Assembly (NCBI GenBank): GCA_029552745.1
Contig: JAKPDK010000167.1
Location: 73,973 to 137,972 of the forward strand
Direction of reading: 5' to 3'
Length of the DNA: 64,000 bases
From: Candidatus Hydrogenedentota bacterium
GTDB taxonomy: Bacteria; Hydrogenedentota; Hydrogenedentia; Hydrogenedentales; SLHB01
This document shows positions 60,162 to 64,000 of the stretch, piece after piece. The notes under the pieces are model-generated. The model saw only the letters and a program-made list of their open reading frames with translations, searched no databases and was not told the origin of the DNA. How positions within the stretch are numbered: the stretch's first letter is position 1; the number at the start of each line of letters is the position of its first letter. The position numbers and the translations under genes were made by a program.

Positions 60162-61388
60162 ATGAAGACAAACTTTCATTTCCGGTGTTTTGGTTGTGAC
60201 ACACAAGAAGCCCATGCCACTGCCCCGTACTTGTGTCGTCGTTGTGGAGAACCGCTGAGTATCGAATCTGTTGCTACCGTGCCGTCAGCGGTATTGCGTT
60301 CCCCACCGCGTTCGCTCTGGCATTATTGGGAGTTGCTACCGGTCACGATACCGAATCGAATGGTTTCTCTTGGGGAAGGGGCGACGCCGCTGCTCGAATC
60401 GCCGCGTTTGGCGAGACAGCTTGGTTTTTCACGCCTGTACATAAAGAACGAAGCGACCAATCCCACGGGCTCCTTCAAAGACAGGCAAATTGCTGTTGGA
60501 ATGGCACGAGCGCTGGAATTGGGTGCGCACACGGTCGCTGTGGTTTCCTCGGGAAACGTGGCATGTGCGGCATCGGCTTACGCAGCACGGGCAGGTTTGC
60601 GCGCGATACTCCTCATGCACGGTCATGCCGCTTCTGCAAAAGCCACACAAGCCGCCGCCTACGGGGCACGTTGTTTTCGGGTTTGCTCACCGGCTGCCTC
60701 CGCGGTGTTTGATTTGTGTATTCGTGCTTGCCGAGAACACGGATGGTATCACCTGTCGACAGCGGGCATGTATGAGCCCTTTAATGTGGAAGGTGCAAAG
60801 ACCATCGCGTACGAAATCTACCAACAAACCGACGGCAATCTTCCCGATTGGGTCGTAGCCCCGGTCGGCGGCGGGGGTTTGTTAGGTGGAATTTGGCGAG
60901 GCTTTCTCGATCTGAAACGGATGGGGCTCATCGAAACTTTGCCCCGTTTGGCAGGCATACAGGCGGCGGGTTGTGCCCCGTTGGTCGACGCCATCCAAAA
61001 CAATCGCTCGTTCCTGGAAACACTGCAGACCCCGTGGCAAAACCCCAAAACCATCGCAGGCGGCATTGCTGACGACATTTTATTCGACGGGCATACCGTT
61101 CTTCCGGCTATTCGAACAACGGGTGGCGCCGCCTTTGCTGTAGCGGATGATGAAATACGGGAAGCACAAACCGTGTTGGCAAGGAACGAAGGGTTGCTCT
61201 GTGAACCTTCGAGTGCGGCGGCATTTGCTGCTCTGAAGAGGCTGAGCGATATCGAACGCGGGCTAAGTGTGTGTGTCGTACTCACAGGAAGTGGTATCAA
61301 AGATTTGGACGCGTTACGGGACCAGGTTCCCCCTGCAATCGCGATTGATGGCACGTTGGAAGCGTTGACCGCAGCGTTAGAGAGGTGA
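60162..61388 (+). CDS. thrC: Threonine synthase
   Basis: N-terminal Cys knuckle, LGEGATPL, NPTGSFKDR, EGAKT, PVGGGG, EPSSA, LTGSGIKD. Confidence 0.8.
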   Translation: MKTNFHFRCFGCDTQEAHATAPYLCRRCGEPLSIESVATVPSAVLRSPPRSLWHYWELLPVTIPNRMVSLGEGATPLLESPRLARQLGFSRLYIKNEATNPTGSFKDRQIAVGMARALELGAHTVAVVSSGNVACAASAYAARAGLRAILLMHGHAASAKATQAAAYGARCFRVCSPAASAVFDLCIRACREHGWYHLSTAGMYEPFNVEGAKTIAYEIYQQTDGNLPDWVVAPVGGGGLLGGIWRGFLDLKRMGLIETLPRLAGIQAAGCAPLVDAIQNNRSFLETLQTPWQNPKTIAGGIADDILFDGHTVLPAIRTTGGAAFAVADDEIREAQTVLARNEGLLCEPSSAAAFAALKRLSDIERGLSVCVVLTGSGIKDLDALRDQVPPAIAIDGTLEALTAALER

Positions 61389-61392
61389 CCTT

Positions 61393-62424
61393 GTGAAAAC
61401 TGTGATGGCTTCGGCGCTCCTCTTCTTGGTGGTTGGATGTCTCAACGAGACAGATTCGGCTTCCAAGTCTTCGGAAGCGGCAAACCGCGTACGCATCGTA
61501 GTGTACAGTCCGCATGGTCCCGAAGTGCTCGGGGACTACGAAAAGAAGTTTGAAGCAGCATATCCGGAAGCCGACGTCCAGTGGCTCGATCTAGGCTCCC
61601 AAGAAGTCTATAACCGCGTGCGTGCGGAACAGCGACGTCCTTATGCCGACATCTGGTGGGGCGGCCCTTCCAGTCTATTCGTCCAAGCCGCGAAGGAAGG
61701 ACTACTGGAACCCTATCGCCCTTCATGGGCGGATGCTGTGCCTGCAGCATTTCGAGACCCGGAAGACAGATGGTACGGGACATATCGGTCGCCGCTGGCG
61801 ATTGTGTTCAATAATCGTCGATACAATCAGGAAACTGCCCCAAAAACCTGGGACGAATTGCTGGAACCCCCCTGGCAAGGAAAAGTGGCGTTACGAAAAC
61901 CCCAAGCCAGTGGAACGATGAGGACGTTCCTTGGCGCGATGATCCTACGTGCCGAGTCGGAAGATGCGGGGATTGCGTGGTTGAAACGCCTCCATGCATC
62001 TACCGCCGCCTATCTGGAGAATCCCCAGTTGTTGTTCGATCACCTGAAACGACGCGAGGATCACGTGACCATCTGGTTGATGCCCGACGTTGTTCTTCAA
62101 CGGGAACGCAACGGGTATCCATTGGACTGCGTCGTTCCGCCGGGAACGGTAGTTCTCACCGAAGGCATAGCGATTGTACGCGGCGCCCCGAACCGTACCT
62201 GGGCGGAACGGTTCTACGAGTTCGTAACATCTTCGGATGCGCTGTCACATCAAGCACATGCCTATGCCAAAATGCCTGCCCGAACAGACCTTGATCCCTC
62301 CCGTCTGCCGGAGTGGATGGGTTCCTTAAAGATTCAAGATATGGAAATCGATTGGGACTACTTCGCTCAGCATGAAAACCAGTGGTGCGAACGCTGGGAA
62401 AAGGAGGTATATCAGGCTCCGTGA
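61393..62424 (+). CDS. ABC transporter substrate-binding lipoprotein (Fe3+/thiamine/polyamine class)
   Basis: Lipobox LVVGC, ADIWWGG, PKTWDELL, ASGT. Confidence 0.8.
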   Translation: MKTVMASALLFLVVGCLNETDSASKSSEAANRVRIVVYSPHGPEVLGDYEKKFEAAYPEADVQWLDLGSQEVYNRVRAEQRRPYADIWWGGPSSLFVQAAKEGLLEPYRPSWADAVPAAFRDPEDRWYGTYRSPLAIVFNNRRYNQETAPKTWDELLEPPWQGKVALRKPQASGTMRTFLGAMILRAESEDAGIAWLKRLHASTAAYLENPQLLFDHLKRREDHVTIWLMPDVVLQRERNGYPLDCVVPPGTVVLTEGIAIVRGAPNRTWAERFYEFVTSSDALSHQAHAYAKMPARTDLDPSRLPEWMGSLKIQDMEIDWDYFAQHENQWCERWEKEVYQAP

Positions 62425-63152
62425 GTTCATTGGAGTTTCGCAGTGTTACAAAACGATATCCCGATGGCGGAGGCATTCGGGAATTCTCCTGTTTGATTTC
62501 TCAAGGAGAGTTTTTCGTGTTTTTGGGACCCAGCGGATGCGGCAAGACCACATTATTACGCCTCGCAGCAGGACTTGAAATGCCAGACGCCGGCAGAGTG
62601 TACATGGATGGTATGGACGTAACGGATATGCCTGCGGAAGAACGTAATGCGGCGATGGTTTTTCAAAACTACGCCCTTTTTCCTCATATGAGCGTCTTTG
62701 AGAATGTCGCCTTCGGCTTACGCGCCCGTCGGATGCCCCAAAAAGATATCCAAGCCCGTGTAAAAGAATGCTTGGCGCTTGTCCAATTGGAGGGGTTTGA
62801 ACGCCGCCGCGTGACGGAACTGAGCGGTGGTCAGCAACAACGGGTTGCCTTGGCGCGGGCACTCGCGATACAGCCGCAGATTCTCTTGTTAGACGAACCA
62901 CTGAGCAATCTTGACGCCGAGTTGCGGTACAGTATGAGGGTTCAGTTGACTGCCCTTCAGGGTAGATTAGGGATTACAACGATATACGTGACTCACGACC
63001 AAGAGGAAGCCTTCGAATTGGCCAATCGCATTGCAATTCTCAGAAACGGGGTTTGTGAGCAAGTGGGGACGCCGCAAGACTTGCTAATGCAACCCGCCAC
63101 ACCGTTTGTGGAACAGTTTCTCGCACGGAGAAGAGCCCCAAAAACGGCATGA
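62421..63152 (+). CDS. ABC transporter ATP-binding protein (PotA/FbpC-like, no C-terminal TOBE)
   Basis: GPSGCGKTT, VFQNYALFPH, LSGGQQQR, LLLDEP, VTHD; GTG overlaps upstream stop. Confidence 0.9.
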   Translation: MSSLEFRSVTKRYPDGGGIREFSCLISQGEFFVFLGPSGCGKTTLLRLAAGLEMPDAGRVYMDGMDVTDMPAEERNAAMVFQNYALFPHMSVFENVAFGLRARRMPQKDIQARVKECLALVQLEGFERRRVTELSGGQQQRVALARALAIQPQILLLDEPLSNLDAELRYSMRVQLTALQGRLGITTIYVTHDQEEAFELANRIAILRNGVCEQVGTPQDLLMQPATPFVEQFLARRRAPKTA

Positions 63153-63170
63153 CGTCGTCAATCCAAATAA

Positions 63171-64000
63171 TTACGGTTTGACAAGTTCCGGGGCGGCGCC
63201 TTCGTAACCAAAAGAGAAAATAGAAGGCAACAAGGTGCGTCCTTGAAGGAAAAGATCGACGGCGCGGGCAGCTTCCCGTCCTTCGTGGATCGCCCAAACT
63301 ACCAACGATTGTCCGCGACGTGCATCGCCGGCAGCGAACACTTTTTCTCGACTGGTTTTGAAAGCGGCAGGTCCCACATAGTCAGCAGCAATATTGCCGC
63401 GCGGGTCACGTTTCAAGCCGAGTTGCTGCGGTATGTCATCCTCGGGGTGTTCAAAGCCTAAAGCAAGCAACACCAAGTCGGCTTCCAACTCAAACTGGCT
63501 TCCGGGGATTTCTTTGAAAGTACGTGTGCCGTTTGCGTCCGGGTCGCTCCACTGCAATCGCACGGCGATAATCTTTTTCACATGTCCGTTTTCGCCGATG
63601 AACTCTTTGGTAAGTACACTCCACAAGCGTTCTCCGCCTTCCTGATGGCTGGAAGAGGTGCGCAAGATGTTAGGCCACATGGGCCATGGGGTAGCGGGAT
63701 TTGTCCCTTCGGGGGGCCGCGGCAATAATTCGACGGACCGTACGGAGCGTGCTCCCTGGCGGATGCTTGTCCCGTGACAGTCGGCTCCGGTGTCCCCACC
63801 GCCTAGAATCACCACGGCTTTGCCTTGGGCGGTAATTTCGTTTTCAGGATTGGGACGACCTGCTACGCGTCGATTCTGCTGGGTCAAAAACTCCATAGCG
63901 AAATGGATGCCCCCCAACTCACGCCCGGGTATGTTCAGGTCACGGGGTTTGGTGGAACCCACCGTCAGCAGAACCGCGTCGTACTTCTCAACGAGGTCAT
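63171..64000 (-). CDS. gltD: Glutamate synthase small subunit, C-terminal part (5' truncated by window)
   Basis: GIHFAMEFL, LGGGDTGADC, SSSHQEG, FAAGDARRGQSLVVWAIHEGR. Confidence 0.93.
   Translation of the reverse strand, partial: DLVEKYDAVLLTVGSTKPRDLNIPGRELGGIHFAMEFLTQQNRRVAGRPNPENEITAQGKAVVILGGGDTGADCHGTSIRQGARSVRSVELLPRPPEGTNPATPWPMWPNILRTSSSHQEGGERLWSVLTKEFIGENGHVKKIIAVRLQWSDPDANGTRTFKEIPGSQFELEADLVLLALGFEHPEDDIPQQLGLKRDPRGNIAADYVGPAAFKTSREKVFAAGDARRGQSLVVWAIHEGREAARAVDLFLQGRTLLPSIFSFGYEGAAPELVKP

Overview
Bacterial chromosomal window (visually ~55% GC) of mostly housekeeping, cell-envelope and carbohydrate genes. It contains purH (partial), galK, yihY, recD2, a carbamoyltransferase/SxtJ pair, glycosyltransferases, aroA-aroC-aroK, rmlC, rlpA, a sigma-54 cheW-MCP cassette, a sugar-acid cluster with a LarA-family epimerase, dapL, wbqC/degT, sulfatase/PhoD, an SLC13 transporter, pbpC, an LPS/EPS cluster with asnB, thrC, an ABC pair and gltD (partial). 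The secreted DUF4838/DUF5060/sulfatase proteins suggest a polysaccharide-degrading lineage such as Hydrogenedentota or PVC; this is inference only. I found no rRNA, tRNA, cas gene, transposase or prophage. The most interesting signals lie outside the ORF track. (1) A self-contained transcription unit encodes a 39-aa Trp-rich (WWWW) membrane peptide, with a near-consensus promoter, structured leader and terminator. (2) A 32-aa Lys/Ala histone-H1-like mini-gene is followed by a long hairpin-rich RNA segment. (3) Ten intergenic clusters are built from three palindrome families, including a ~145-bp MITE/REP-like element. (4) A sigma-54 promoter with three TGTAAA-N5-TTTACA boxes precedes cheW and a frameshifted chemoreceptor with a zinc-binding CZB domain between its two TM helices. 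(5) The chorismate synthase has altered signature motifs and a large insertion. All product calls come from recognising motifs by eye; no database searches were run.
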